Shown: one piece after another, positions 10,592 through 21,321 of the stretch
Layout of the letters: every line of letters starts with the position of its first letter
How positions within the stretch are numbered: the first letter of the stretch is position 1
DNA from: Stramenopiles sp. TOSAG23-2
Lineage: Eukaryota
Assembly: GCA_900128395.1 (NCBI GenBank)
Contig: LT649235.1
Span: forward strand, 62,001-89,958
Direction: 5' to 3'
DNA: 27,958 bases
The notes under the pieces: generated by a model
Databases searched by the model: none
What the model was told of the DNA's origin: nothing
The model's input: the letters and a program-made list of their open reading frames with translations, nothing else
Program-made: the position numbers and the translations under genes

Positions 10592-10871
10592 GGTACATAT
10601 ATGTATGTATATCTCCTATTGTTGTACTACCTATTCCTCTGTTCACACAAATACACCGAGACAGATAGACAGACAGGCAGGCAGGTATACACACACATAT
10701 ATACATTTCAACCCATTGTCTATATATAATAGTATTATATATAATATTCATTTTATTATTTATTATTAAATACATATTGCGTCCCTTATGATACATGTAT
10801 GTTAATGTTGTGGTGATATCATACCTCTTAGTAGGAAGCAACATAGTCTAAGCAACATAATGCCTGCCCCC

Positions 10872-11091
10872 ACATGAGCTGATGGAAGAATTTAATATTT
10901 TTGAATTGGACACTTAAATACTGTATAGTATTTAGTATACTAAACTATATAGATGAATATCATTTTTTCACTCTCCTGTAAACATGAGCTGATGGAAGAA
11001 TTTAATATTTTTGAATTGGACACTTAAATACTGTATAGTATTTAGTATACTAAACTATATAGATGAATATCATTTTTTCACTCTCCTGTAA
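10872..11091. repeat. Exact 110-bp tandem duplication
   Basis: 10872-10981 equals 10982-11091, with an ACA overlap at the junction. Confidence 0.95.
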
Positions 11092-11563
11092 ACACCTGGT
11101 AATTTGGAAAGAGATAGGCCAGAGATGCACAGATGTTTTAGTTTCGATGTTTCGATGTTTCGATTTGATTTGTGGAAAATATAATACCAGGTACTTACCT
11201 TTGTTGCACCTTTTGTTATTTGTTATTAATTGAATTAATTATCAATAATTTATATATATATCTAGAATTGAATATTTTTATGAATAAGAATATATCGAAA
11301 GAAAGAAAAACCGAATAAATGTATATGTATATGTATATATATATATATATGTAGGTATACATATTTTCATATAATAAATAGTTATAGTAACAAATGGAAG
11401 ACATGGATTAGAATAAAAACAAGAAGGGAAAACAAAAAGAAGAGTAGATTCGTTTTTTTGTTATTTTTTTTTTTTTCTTATAAATTACAAAAAAAAATAC
11501 AAGTTATATTATATTTTTTTCGATAGATAGGTTCATAAAATAATAATAATAATAGAATAGTTG

Positions 11564-13240
11564 ATGGACACTGATAGATCGGACGAAGGGCAATTTTCGA
11601 CCCCGCGCGCTGGTGCACGGCAAGCAGGTTATTCCAGTGCATCTGATAATGAAGGTGATGGTGGTCAAGGCTATAGTTCAGCAAGGTCATGGACGTCTGA
11701 TAACGAGTATGGTACACCACGAAATAGTGGCAATTTAGTTAGTTCCGATAGTGAAGTAGATGGGTTTTATTCTGGAAGAGAGCAAGACTCTGGTTATGGA
11801 TCGCAACGGGATCGCAGCAGTCGCACTGTACCAATGCCTTTTGTTGCCGGTGGGAATGTTCCATATAATGGCAACGGCTCCTATGGATATAAATCATCTG
11901 ATAATGGTGGATATAGTAGTGGTGGTGGTGGTGGATATCAACATTCGCATCATAGCCACCACCACCACCACCACCAACAAGGTAGGCCTCCACCACAACA
12001 TCAGCAACAATACAATACTCACCAGCAACAGCAATATAATAATAATAACAGTAACAACAACAATGGCTACAATAATCATCAACCTAGACCACCACCAAAT
12101 AATTACAATGGAGGAAATGGATATGATTATAACCATCAACCTAGACCACCACCAAATCATCAACAACAATATTATAGTAACCAACCAAGAGGTAATAATA
12201 CAATGTCATCATCGCAACAAGGTCCAAATAATTATTACGGACCACCATCACAGCAACATCATCATGGGGGTAGACCACCGGCACAACAATATGACCAACA
12301 ATACTATAATAATAATAATAATAATAACAATAACAGCAACAACAACAATGCTTATCACCATAATCAATCACAGCAATATAATAATGACCAAGGATATCAC
12401 CAGCAACAACAAGGTGGAGGCGGTATTGGGAGGCCGCCACCTCAGCAACATTATAATTCACAACATGGTCGACCAATGCAACAAAGTGGTCGACCACCAC
12501 CACAACAGCGTCAACAACAATATAATCAACAGCAACAATACGATTATGGACCACGAGGTGGTGGTGGAAACTATCATCATACACAGAATAATAATAGCAA
12601 TAACAATAACTATAATTCAGGCTATAATAATCAAGATCATAATGGTTATCAACAACAACAACGGTATTACCAGGAAGATGGTGGAAATCACGAATACGGT
12701 GGAAAAGTTAACGAAGGTGGTGGTGGTGGACAATACATGCATAATACTGGACCGACAATGAAAAAAAATAGATATGAACACCAACAACCACCGCCATCAA
12801 CTACACAGCCATCTCCCGGGAGAACTGCTGGGAAGAAAGAATCTTCAATTGGAAATCTAGGAAATACATATGGGGGCGCTAGCGATGAAGATATACAAGC
12901 TGTTTTAAGTGCAGCTAGACACGGTCGGGTTCAAGAAGTCGGTGCATATTTGGATCAAGGTGTTCCAGTAAATATACGAGATAAATTTGGCAATACCATT
13001 TTAGCAATTGCTTGCCAAAATGGGTTGAAAAAAATGGCAAAGCTAGCACTTCGGCGTGGAGCAGACATTAATTCAAGAAATTATAAGGGAAATACACCAT
13101 TGCATTTTTGTTTTACATATGGATACGGGGATACACTGGGTAAATATTTAATATCGAAAGGTGCAGACCCAGCAATTAAAAATCATCAAGGAACGACATG
13201 TTACGAAGGTTTAGGTGGTAGTGGAGATAAGAAAAAGTAG
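11564..13240 (+). CDS. Ankyrin-repeat protein with long Q/N/Y/G/P/H low-complexity region (558 aa)
   Basis: C-terminal ankyrin repeats (DKFGNTILAIACQNG, NYKGNTPLHFCF, GADPAIKN). ATG is at 11564; the ORF track starts at an upstream TTG. Confidence 0.88.
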   Translation: MDTDRSDEGQFSTPRAGARQAGYSSASDNEGDGGQGYSSARSWTSDNEYGTPRNSGNLVSSDSEVDGFYSGREQDSGYGSQRDRSSRTVPMPFVAGGNVPYNGNGSYGYKSSDNGGYSSGGGGGYQHSHHSHHHHHHQQGRPPPQHQQQYNTHQQQQYNNNNSNNNNGYNNHQPRPPPNNYNGGNGYDYNHQPRPPPNHQQQYYSNQPRGNNTMSSSQQGPNNYYGPPSQQHHHGGRPPAQQYDQQYYNNNNNNNNNSNNNNAYHHNQSQQYNNDQGYHQQQQGGGGIGRPPPQQHYNSQHGRPMQQSGRPPPQQRQQQYNQQQQYDYGPRGGGGNYHHTQNNNSNNNNYNSGYNNQDHNGYQQQQRYYQEDGGNHEYGGKVNEGGGGGQYMHNTGPTMKKNRYEHQQPPPSTTQPSPGRTAGKKESSIGNLGNTYGGASDEDIQAVLSAARHGRVQEVGAYLDQGVPVNIRDKFGNTILAIACQNGLKKMAKLALRRGADINSRNYKGNTPLHFCFTYGYGDTLGKYLISKGADPAIKNHQGTTCYEGLGGSGDKKK

Positions 13241-13294
13241 AGAGAGAAGTAGAGAGAGGAGATAGAGAAACATAAAAATACGTAAATTACCCAC

Positions 13295-13520
13295 ACATCA
13301 CACGTATTTCGTACGAAGAAAATATTAAAAAAAAAACACGTGTGTGTGTATTTTTTTTACGATATAATTCAGTAAACCATCAATCTATTATACGTTCGTA
13401 CTTCGTAACATCACACGTATTTCGTACGAAGAAAATATTAAAAAAAAAACACGTGTGTGTGTATTTTTTTTACGATATAATTCAGTAAACCATCAATCTA
13501 TTATACGTTCGTACTTCGTA
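13295..13520. repeat. Exact 113-bp tandem duplication
   Basis: 13295-13407 equals 13408-13520. Confidence 0.95.
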
Positions 13521-14262
13521 CGTAGTATAATTAATTTGAGATGCATATGATATATAACTTATTTTTTAATTTACTCACATGATAATTCCTATGATATCAT
13601 ATATGCATTATGCATACTCTCCAGAAAGAATATCATACAAAATAACTAAAAGACAATACACTATCTAATTTTTAAATTAATATTAGATTTTAACCAACTA
13701 TATATGATATACGAACACTCGTATTAACATTTTTTTATAATAAAACACACACACACACAAACTATAGCAGTAATAATAACTTCCTCGCGTATTTTAAAAT
13801 TTTATTTTTCATGTTGTAAATTGTTGATTAAACAACATCACACGTATTTCGTACGAAGAAAATATTAAAAAAAAAACACGTGTGTGTGTGTATTTTTTTA
13901 CGATATATGATAATTCAGTAAACCATCAATCTATTATTGGATTATATTCGTACGTTCGTAGTATAATTAATTTGATGCATATATAACACACTTATTTTTT
14001 AATTTACTCACATGATAATTCCTATGATATCATATGCATATGCATACACTCCAGAAAGAATATCATACGATCTTCGTACAATAACTGAGACAATGTACAC
14101 TATCTAATTTTTAAATTAAAATATATGATAGTATATGATATACGAACACTCGTATTAACATTTTTTTATAAAATAACACACACACACAAACTATAGCAGT
14201 AATAATACTTCCTCGCGTATTTTAAAATTTTATTTTTCATGTTGTAAATTGTTGATTAAACA
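13408..14262. repeat. Diverged ~428-bp tandem pair (probable haplotypes)
   Basis: 13408-13834 vs 13835-14262 are collinear with many small indels and substitutions; both end in the last codons of the RBR gene. Confidence 0.9.
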
Positions 14263-16287
14263 AATTAATCCATCCGCCCTCACTATCTTCCATCAATGGT
14301 GGATATGCAGGTTCCGGGTAGCTCGATTCAAAGAAGATTTGAAATAAATGATCATGTTTATGAGTTGGTAATGTAAATTCGCCATCCGTAAGTTTGCCTT
14401 GACAACCTATACATAAATTTAATTGATGTGGACAATGAATACATGCAAATCTTGGTCCTTTTATTGGTTCTTGACACTTATCACATAATCTTCTATATGT
14501 TTCCATCTTCTCCCCGTTTCCTAAATTTTCCGGTCGAATGAGATAATGATAGATTTCTTTTGCCAATTCCATATCGACCTGATCCAATCCTTTCGGTAAA
14601 TGTGCTTTATCTGCATCTTCTCCCCGTTTCCTAAATTTTCCGGTCGAATGAGATAATGATAGATTTCTTTTGCCAATTCCATATCGACCTGATCCAATCC
14701 TTTCGGTAAATGTGCTTTATCTGCACCACGTTTATATTTTTTTGCCTGTTTCCAATTGAATTTTTTGCCACAACCGTCTTGTTTATTACCCCCGCCTTTA
14801 TCGGCAGCATCTCGCCCACATGTCATGCTGTCACAACCATCAACACGATATATTACTTTTCCACAATGAGGACATAATCGACAATGTTGCTCCTTCCACT
14901 TTTCATCTTGCTGCAAGTTTTTAAATTGTTCTTCAGCGTGCTTCAGCGCCTCCGTAGCTTTGATTGCTTTATTATACTCCCCACGAAATTTAGCACTATC
15001 TTCATTAATCCATTTAAACCATCTTTCTGCAGTGGGTCCTAGCTCTGCGCAGGATAATCGATAATGGTATTTATCTTTGCATAAACTACAAAATTCAAAT
15101 TTACATGTTGGGCATACCGCTTTCTCCTTAGAACCAGGCCTATCAGCAAAACAATAATCTTTACAATTCGGTTGAGGGCAAGCTAAAAACGATTTTGTAT
15201 CACTTGCTAATGTATTTTGAATTTCAAGTTCCGTATAAAGCTTATGAAATTTACTATTTCTACCAAATATTTGAATAACCTCTATAGACGTAAGTGTATG
15301 ACCACATTCATTTCCAAAAGGACAACGTGGCAATTTCCTTTGTTGAAATGCTGGTTCTACACTTCGTTTAATGCAATTAAAACATACACGATGTGATTTG
15401 TTACAATCTAAAGTGTACATTTCTTCGATATTAAAAGTTTCTAAGCAACATAAACAATCTTTTTCAATAACCATTGACATTCTTTGTGCAAGTTCTGCAT
15501 CCTTTCGATTCTGTTCCAGTTGCCTTTCCTTTTGAAAATCCATATTTTCTTGCTCTTTAATTATATATCGTGCTTCCTCAATCGGTACATTTAATGTTTT
15601 TGCCAATTCATCAGACCTGTAACGTTTCAAGCTAGGTTTCCTTGCCGGTCCATTGTTATTATTTCTAGTATTATTTTCAATACGATTATTTACATTCTCA
15701 ATACTAATTGTATGTGTTGTTGTTGTTATGCCTTCATTATTAAGACTAGTTGTTGTCGCAACATGTTGTTGCTGCTGTTGATCAACTTGTGCTTGATCAT
15801 TCAAAAAACTTCTAGCAGTCGCTCGATCAACGTTCAATTCATCTGCTAATTCCATAGACCGTGTACGGTTAATTACGTGAATAATGTTATTATTATCATT
15901 ATTATTACTATTTCGACTTATGACTTTTGCTATGATAATACGGTTATCATGTTCATTTTCATCATCATCATTGACGCCCAAGTCAATTACATTCGCCATT
16001 TGAAACTGAGACGGTGCGCTTGGCTTAGTAGAATATAAATCTGCACCACACATATTACATTTGAGTGCATCCAGGTGATTTTCGTAAGTACAAAGTTCAC
16101 ATTTAATATTGCTTTTAGGCTTGCTATTATTATTATCTCCATTATTGTTATTATTTACATTTGTTAAATCAATAACTTGTTGTCCTTGCCTCCAATTATT
16201 ATTATTTCCATTCCCATCATCACCGTCATTGTTGACACCGACTAATGTGGATGCTTTTTTAATTAAATCTGATACTAACGATGCCAT
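14237..16287 (-). CDS. RBR-type E3 ubiquitin ligase (NZF, RING1-IBR-RING2, ZZ), frameshifted by a 110-bp duplication; ~646 aa when repaired
   Basis: NZF CELCTYEN..CNMC; RING1 CLCC..C..H..C..C..CP..C; IBR CPQPNC..CPTC..FCSLC..H..C; RING2 CPHC..DGCDSMTC; ZZ CDKC..CIHC..CIGC..HKHDH. ORFs 14521-16329 and 14237-14587 join in frame once one duplicate is removed. Start Met at 16287 or 16329. Confidence 0.9.
14504..14723. repeat. Exact 110-bp tandem duplication inside the RBR CDS
   Basis: 14504-14613 equals 14614-14723; 110 is not a multiple of 3. Confidence 0.95.
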
Positions 16288-16293
16288 ACTGTA

Positions 16294-16477
16294 TCTTGAA
16301 TATCCTATAATCTTCTTTTTGTATTGCATACGACTAACAACTATAAAGATATATATTTTAATATTTGTATTTTTTCTTATAGTTTTCTTGAATATCCTAT
16401 AATCTTCTTTTTGTATTGCATACGACTAACAACTATAAAGATATATATTTTAATATTTGTATTTTTTCTTATAGTTT
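16294..16477. repeat. Exact 92-bp tandem duplication
   Basis: 16294-16385 equals 16386-16477, with a TCTT overlap. Confidence 0.95.
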
Positions 16478-16914
16478 TCTTATGTCTCTTGGAGGTCAAC
16501 AAATTTAAATTATGCGTACCTCTTGGGCAATCCGCCTGTTTTGTTTGTCGTCTTAGTCTACCAGGTCTATACCACTCTACCACAGGATCTAATAGACCTT
16601 AACCTCTTTGCTGATTTACTATTTTGTAAAAAATGTTGTTTCTATCACATCTTATCATCTTAGCACCTCCTTACTGTACAGTATAACCAGGTACATAATA
16701 TAATACAGTAGCTCTATCTTCTTCTTCTTTTGTTGCAGCAGTTGCACAGTTCTTCTTCTCTTCTTGCTCTTCTTCTTTTTTAAAAAATTAATTGATAATA
16801 ATAATAAATATGATACTATATATATACTTTTACACACACACACACATGTACATATAAGTATTAAAACTATATTACAGATACATAAAATAACAAACAGACA
16901 TCGCATTGCTCTAA

Positions 16915-17126
16915 ATATTTAGTCGATAGTAATACTATAGTAAAGATGTACAACAATGGAAAAGTACAGAAAATTTATACAATATGTATACTTGTTATTA
17001 CCTTTTTCATTGCAACAAATATATTTAGTCGATAGTAATACTATAGTAAAGATGTACAACAATGGAAAAGTACAGAAAATTTATACAATATGTATACTTG
17101 TTATTACCTTTTTCATTGCAACAAAT
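16915..17126. repeat. Exact 106-bp tandem duplication covering the lysozyme start
   Basis: 16915-17020 equals 17021-17126; this creates the spurious 32-aa extension in the ORF track. Confidence 0.95.
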
Positions 17127-17828
17127 GTAAATAATGTTTTGTGCTCCTTGCCTTTACGGAATAATATAGATAATAAATATAAAATAGGATTAGGCATTGA
17201 TATTTCTGACGCTTTAAAACAGGATGATTGGAAATGTTTAAAAACTAACAGTGATTTATCGTGGGCGGTTGTTAGAGCATATCATAGTTTTGGCGCGTTT
17301 GATAATTCCAGTTTAACCAATTTAAAAAATGCTAATGACGCAGGTATAGAGAATGTTGACGTTTACATGTTCCCTTGTTCTGGAAAAGATCCTACTATGC
17401 AAGTCAAAGATTTATTGTCAAAACTAAAAGATTCCAATTTTCAAACCGTATGGCTCGATATTGAAGAAAATCCTTCTCCAGGATGTAGCTGGAGCATGCA
17501 AAGCAATGAAAGCAATTGTCAATTTGTAGAAAAATTATTTAATGAAGTTACACAAGCTGGTGCTGCTGTTGGAATATACAGTTCACATTATGAATGGACA
17601 AAAATTATGGGTGAAGATTGTAAATCAGCAAATCATTTACCGCTATGGTATGCACATTACGATAAAGAAAATAATTGTGATGATTTTTCAAGAAGTCCAT
17701 CCTTTGGTGGATGGACAAAAGCATTTGCAAAACAATTTAATGATAATGTAGGAGGTGAAAAATCGATTGATGCTTGTATTGATGGAAGAGTACCAGCTGA
17801 TATTGATGTTTTATGTAATAATTTATAA
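17052..17828 (+). CDS. GH25 protist-type (Lys1-like) lysozyme, secreted (258 aa)
   Basis: Signal-like ICILVITFFIA; GIDIS, VRAYHSFG, VDVYMFPC, catalytic-type VWLDIE, GIYSS..EW, PLWYAHYD, FGGW..AFAKQF as in amoebal and nematode lysozymes. Confidence 0.92.
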   Translation: MYNNGKVQKIYTICILVITFFIATNVNNVLCSLPLRNNIDNKYKIGLGIDISDALKQDDWKCLKTNSDLSWAVVRAYHSFGAFDNSSLTNLKNANDAGIENVDVYMFPCSGKDPTMQVKDLLSKLKDSNFQTVWLDIEENPSPGCSWSMQSNESNCQFVEKLFNEVTQAGAAVGIYSSHYEWTKIMGEDCKSANHLPLWYAHYDKENNCDDFSRSPSFGGWTKAFAKQFNDNVGGEKSIDACIDGRVPADIDVLCNNL

Positions 17829-17989
17829 AAAAAGAATTTAATTTCCATTATTATAATCCATCATCCATCACAGCTATATTAAGTATTGATGGAAGAGTAC
17901 CAGCTGATATTGATGTTTTATGTAATAATTTATAAAAAAAGAATTTAATTTCCATTATTATAATCCATCATCCATCACAGCTATATTAA
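17776..17989. repeat. Exact 107-bp tandem duplication covering the lysozyme stop
   Basis: 17776-17882 equals 17883-17989. Confidence 0.95.
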
Positions 17990-18228
17990 TATTATTATAT
18001 AGGTATTTATATTCATTATACACTACTATTATTCTCAATAGAACTATAAATCCATAATCATATAGATGATAATTGATAATTATATACTAGTATGTAATTA
18101 TAATGAATTCAAACACATTCACGCGTATAAAATTGAAAATTGTACTATGTAACAAAATAGAAAAGAAACATAAAAAGTTAATTTTGAGACAATCCGTGGA
18201 TTAAATAACCAGAGGATAGAAATGAAAA

Positions 18229-18501
18229 ATGGCTAGTTTAAGTAATTACAATTCACCACCTTCGTTGTCTACGAAAAAATTTATTAATCAAGGTTTGTAT
18301 AATTGGCAATTGACAAGGAAAAACTGGACGGCTTTAGCTAGTGGAAAACCACCAATTGCACGACGTGTTATACCAACTGCACCAACGTCTAGTATTTTGT
18401 CTTGTTTAGAAAACGGACGTGCATTTGAATCGCAGGTTCCGTTACGTGTTATGATAACAATATTGGATGATGAGCGAGAACGTGATGGGTTGTATGGTTA
18501 A
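18229..18501 (+). CDS. DUF4050 / Gag1-like clamp family small protein (90 aa)
   Basis: FINQGLYNWQLTRKNW and F..QVPLRVMITIL.....DGLY match the two conserved blocks of this family as I recall them. Confidence 0.75.
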   Translation: MASLSNYNSPPSLSTKKFINQGLYNWQLTRKNWTALASGKPPIARRVIPTAPTSSILSCLENGRAFESQVPLRVMITILDDERERDGLYG

Positions 18502-18821
18502 AGTGATAATTTTGATATGTATGTATATATATATGTAAAATATATATTTAAAATAAAAATATTTTATTTTTTATTTTATTTATTTTATAAGTATAATGAT
18601 ATCATAATAAAAAATATATTAAAAATATGAATGTGTATTTTTATATATATATACGAACCCCGTATATATATATATTTATTATTTAATTTATTACGACTCG
18701 CGTAATATTACGCTTATCTCAGTATTTTCATAAAATAATATACGAACGCTTCCTCTAAATAAATATACGTTATTAATATTTAAATATTATTTTTTATTTT
18801 AAATATATCATACACCGAGTA

Positions 18822-20789
18822 TCAATATGCAATTCGTGGCAAAGACAGATTGCTTCGATTTGATTTGTTTCTCTCGTTTCCGTTATTATCATTATTATCC
18901 GGTGCCGTTCTTACACGACGTACATTATAATTTGATCTACTCTTGCTGTTATTATTATTAGTACCATTATGAATATTATTATTAGTACCTACATCAGGCA
19001 ATTGAAAATTTCTAATTCCTCCATTAATGTTAGATCTTAAACGATGCGTATCAAATGATGCAGGGCGCCGTTGTACACCGCTTGCTCTATAGCCACCACT
19101 ACTAAATCCAACAGTCTTTGGTGCCTTACTATTTTTGTGAGACATTGCTTGTTGAGATCCTAATGTTATGTGTCGATTATTATTATTGCTTTTATGCATA
19201 TTTCCAATCGGTGGTTTCTCATTCGATAATTGATGAACAATTCTACTACCAACTCTTCTACCAACGAAAGCACCACCACCAACCCAACTCAATGCATTGG
19301 AATCATTATTGGAACTACTATAATCGTTATTATTATTATTATTATTATTGCTTTTGTTTTCAAACGTAGTAATTTTCATTAAATTTTCAAGTGCATTTGT
19401 CGATTTATGTACACGATTATTGTTGCCATAGTTCTTCTTGTTTTTATTTTTAAAACTACCATTTTTAATATTATTTGTTGATTTATTTTTTACATTTTTC
19501 ATATTATTATGATTATTATGATTATTATTATTATGATTTGTTGAATTTGCTGTTACTATTTTCCGATTATTTTTATTACTAATTGCAATTAAATCATTCA
19601 TTTTATCTATTCTAATTTGATTTAATTGTAAACTACGTTGTATTAGCATTTCAAACAAAGGATTTAAGTTATAAACAGTTTTTGCCCATAAACGATCGAA
19701 AATCTCATCTCTTAATTCTTCTAACATTAAATCCATCGGTTCTATCGAAGGGAACCCAGCTGACAACCTAGATTCAATAATATTTTTATCATCCTCAATC
19801 TCTTTATCTGTTAAATGTTCAGTTTTTAAATTGACTAATACTTGTTCATATGCATCCCCGTCAATTGCAAATATTTCTTCCACGTCATCATCTACAAATT
19901 TTATAGGCATCTGGCGACAATTTAATGGCGATGATGCATCGTTTGATATATCATTGGAAAAGAAATTATTGCTTTTCAATTGTATTATATTTAAATTTCT
20001 TTCAGAACCACTTTTACTAGCGTCATTATTATTATTGTTTAAAACCAAATTTTCCTCAAATTCTGTTGAATAGGGTATTACAGATATCTCATCAATATCA
20101 GAAGACTTAGACGATACTGGACGGTAAAGCAAGGATGATAAATTTTGTAACATCCCACTATCATCTTTTTGTTGACGATTAAATTTACTTTTATCATCAT
20201 ATAACCTATATTCTTCCAAATGTGAAGGTTTTGCATTATAATTTATTGAATTGTCAGAATCAATTTGGTTTCCAACGATACGCAAATGTGGAAAAGCATC
20301 AGTCCATTCACTAACCAATGGGGCCGTATGTTGGGCTTGCGGATTATTATGAGTTTCAAAATTATGCCTTCGCATTAAATTTTGATAATGGAATTCCTCT
20401 GATGACATTTCTTCTCCTTCCTGTTTATCATTTAAGAAAGTTGCAGTCTTATCACTTTCTCCATTTGTTGGGTCAAACAACTTATCGTTTATATCATCTA
20501 ACATTTTTTGTAGTTCTATCTCTCTATTTTTATCATGTTCATCAAACATATCATACCCTTCCTCAGACTGCAACGAGGAAACATCACAATCATACTGTAC
20601 AATAACCGGTTTTGTAATTTCGGCTTGATCTATTGCACCATCTTCACTTTCATCATCATAATAGGAACGAGGACTGTCGTCAGAATAATATGTTCTTGAA
20701 AAATCCTCTTCGTTTGAATAACGGTTTTCACCATCATGTTTATATTTTGAAAATTCATCTTTCGTCGTTGTATTATTATTATTATTCAT
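18822..20789 (-). CDS. FAM149-like (DUF3719) protein, Asn-rich
   Basis: LQKMLDDINDKLFD, EWTDAFPHLRIVGNQI and EEIFAIDG resemble FAM149A/B motifs (W...FPHLRILG.QI). Confidence 0.75.
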   Translation of the reverse strand: MNNNNNTTTKDEFSKYKHDGENRYSNEEDFSRTYYSDDSPRSYYDDESEDGAIDQAEITKPVIVQYDCDVSSLQSEEGYDMFDEHDKNREIELQKMLDDINDKLFDPTNGESDKTATFLNDKQEGEEMSSEEFHYQNLMRRHNFETHNNPQAQHTAPLVSEWTDAFPHLRIVGNQIDSDNSINYNAKPSHLEEYRLYDDKSKFNRQQKDDSGMLQNLSSLLYRPVSSKSSDIDEISVIPYSTEFEENLVLNNNNNDASKSGSERNLNIIQLKSNNFFSNDISNDASSPLNCRQMPIKFVDDDVEEIFAIDGDAYEQVLVNLKTEHLTDKEIEDDKNIIESRLSAGFPSIEPMDLMLEELRDEIFDRLWAKTVYNLNPLFEMLIQRSLQLNQIRIDKMNDLIAISNKNNRKIVTANSTNHNNNNHNNHNNMKNVKNKSTNNIKNGSFKNKNKKNYGNNNRVHKSTNALENLMKITTFENKSNNNNNNNNDYSSSNNDSNALSWVGGGAFVGRRVGSRIVHQLSNEKPPIGNMHKSNNNNRHITLGSQQAMSHKNSKAPKTVGFSSGGYRASGVQRRPASFDTHRLRSNINGGIRNFQLPDVGTNNNIHNGTNNNNSKSRSNYNVRRVRTAPDNNDNNGNERNKSNRSNLSLPRIAY

Positions 20790-21080
20790 TTTTATTTGAA
20801 ACGTTCGCTATACAGTCAATTTTAAATTATTTTTATGTTTTCATCTGTCCATTTGTATTGTTTGTATTATGTGGAAATGTAGCATATATAAATTACTAAT
20901 TTGTAAACTAACAATTCATTTAATGTTATTAAAAATATTCTTCCTAAGATGAAAATGAACCAACATATATGAATGTTTTTTAATTAGCTCTCATTATTAT
21001 CCTATTTATATTATTGCACTATTTATTATAAAAATAATATAATAATAGAGCGCTGGACGCTGGAGTGCCAGGAGTGCACG

Positions 21081-21116
21081 AGTCTAATTAGAGAGGATCC
21101 TCTCTAAGTCTAATTA
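21081..21116. repeat. 20-bp perfect palindrome flanked by 10-bp direct repeats
   Basis: TTAGAGAGGATCCTCTCTAA at 21088-21107; AGTCTAATTA at 21081-21090 and 21107-21116. Confidence 0.85.
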
Positions 21117-21277
21117 CAGTACCTGGTATTCAAGGTATTAATATTGTCTGTAGAATAATATTCTTTTTTTTTCTGGTGCTCTGCTGCTGCTGTTTTTTTT
21201 TTTTTTGTAAATTTCTTCTTTTTGAATACCTTATTTCTAACCTAAACCACTTGAGGAAATAAAAATGCGGTGGTCAC

Positions 21278-21321
21278 AGTTATTTCGACAAGCCCGTAAA
21301 AGGCTTGTCGCAAATAGCTAG
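21278..21321 (+). other. Strong intergenic stem-loop followed by CTAG
   Basis: AGTTATTT-CGACAAGCC / CGTAAAA loop / GGCTTGTCG-C-AAATAGCT: 17 bp with one bulge and one G-U pair. Confidence 0.7.

Noticed and set aside
11191..11203. TACTTACCT resembling the U1 snRNA 5' end
   Set aside because: No U1 body follows. It could be a minus-strand donor (AG|GTAAGT), but no exon can be supported.
11760..12761. 333-aa alternate-frame ORF inside the ankyrin gene
   Set aside because: I/T/N-rich frame shadow of CAA/AAT repeats.
16956..17051. N-terminal 32 aa of the lysozyme ORF
   Set aside because: Created by the 106-bp duplication; the true start is most likely ATG 17052.
21293..21304. GCCTTTTAC (U5 snRNA loop I) on the minus strand
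   Set aside because: Here GCC is paired in the stem rather than in an 11-nt loop, and the flanking U5 stem, internal-loop CCG and proper Sm site are missing.
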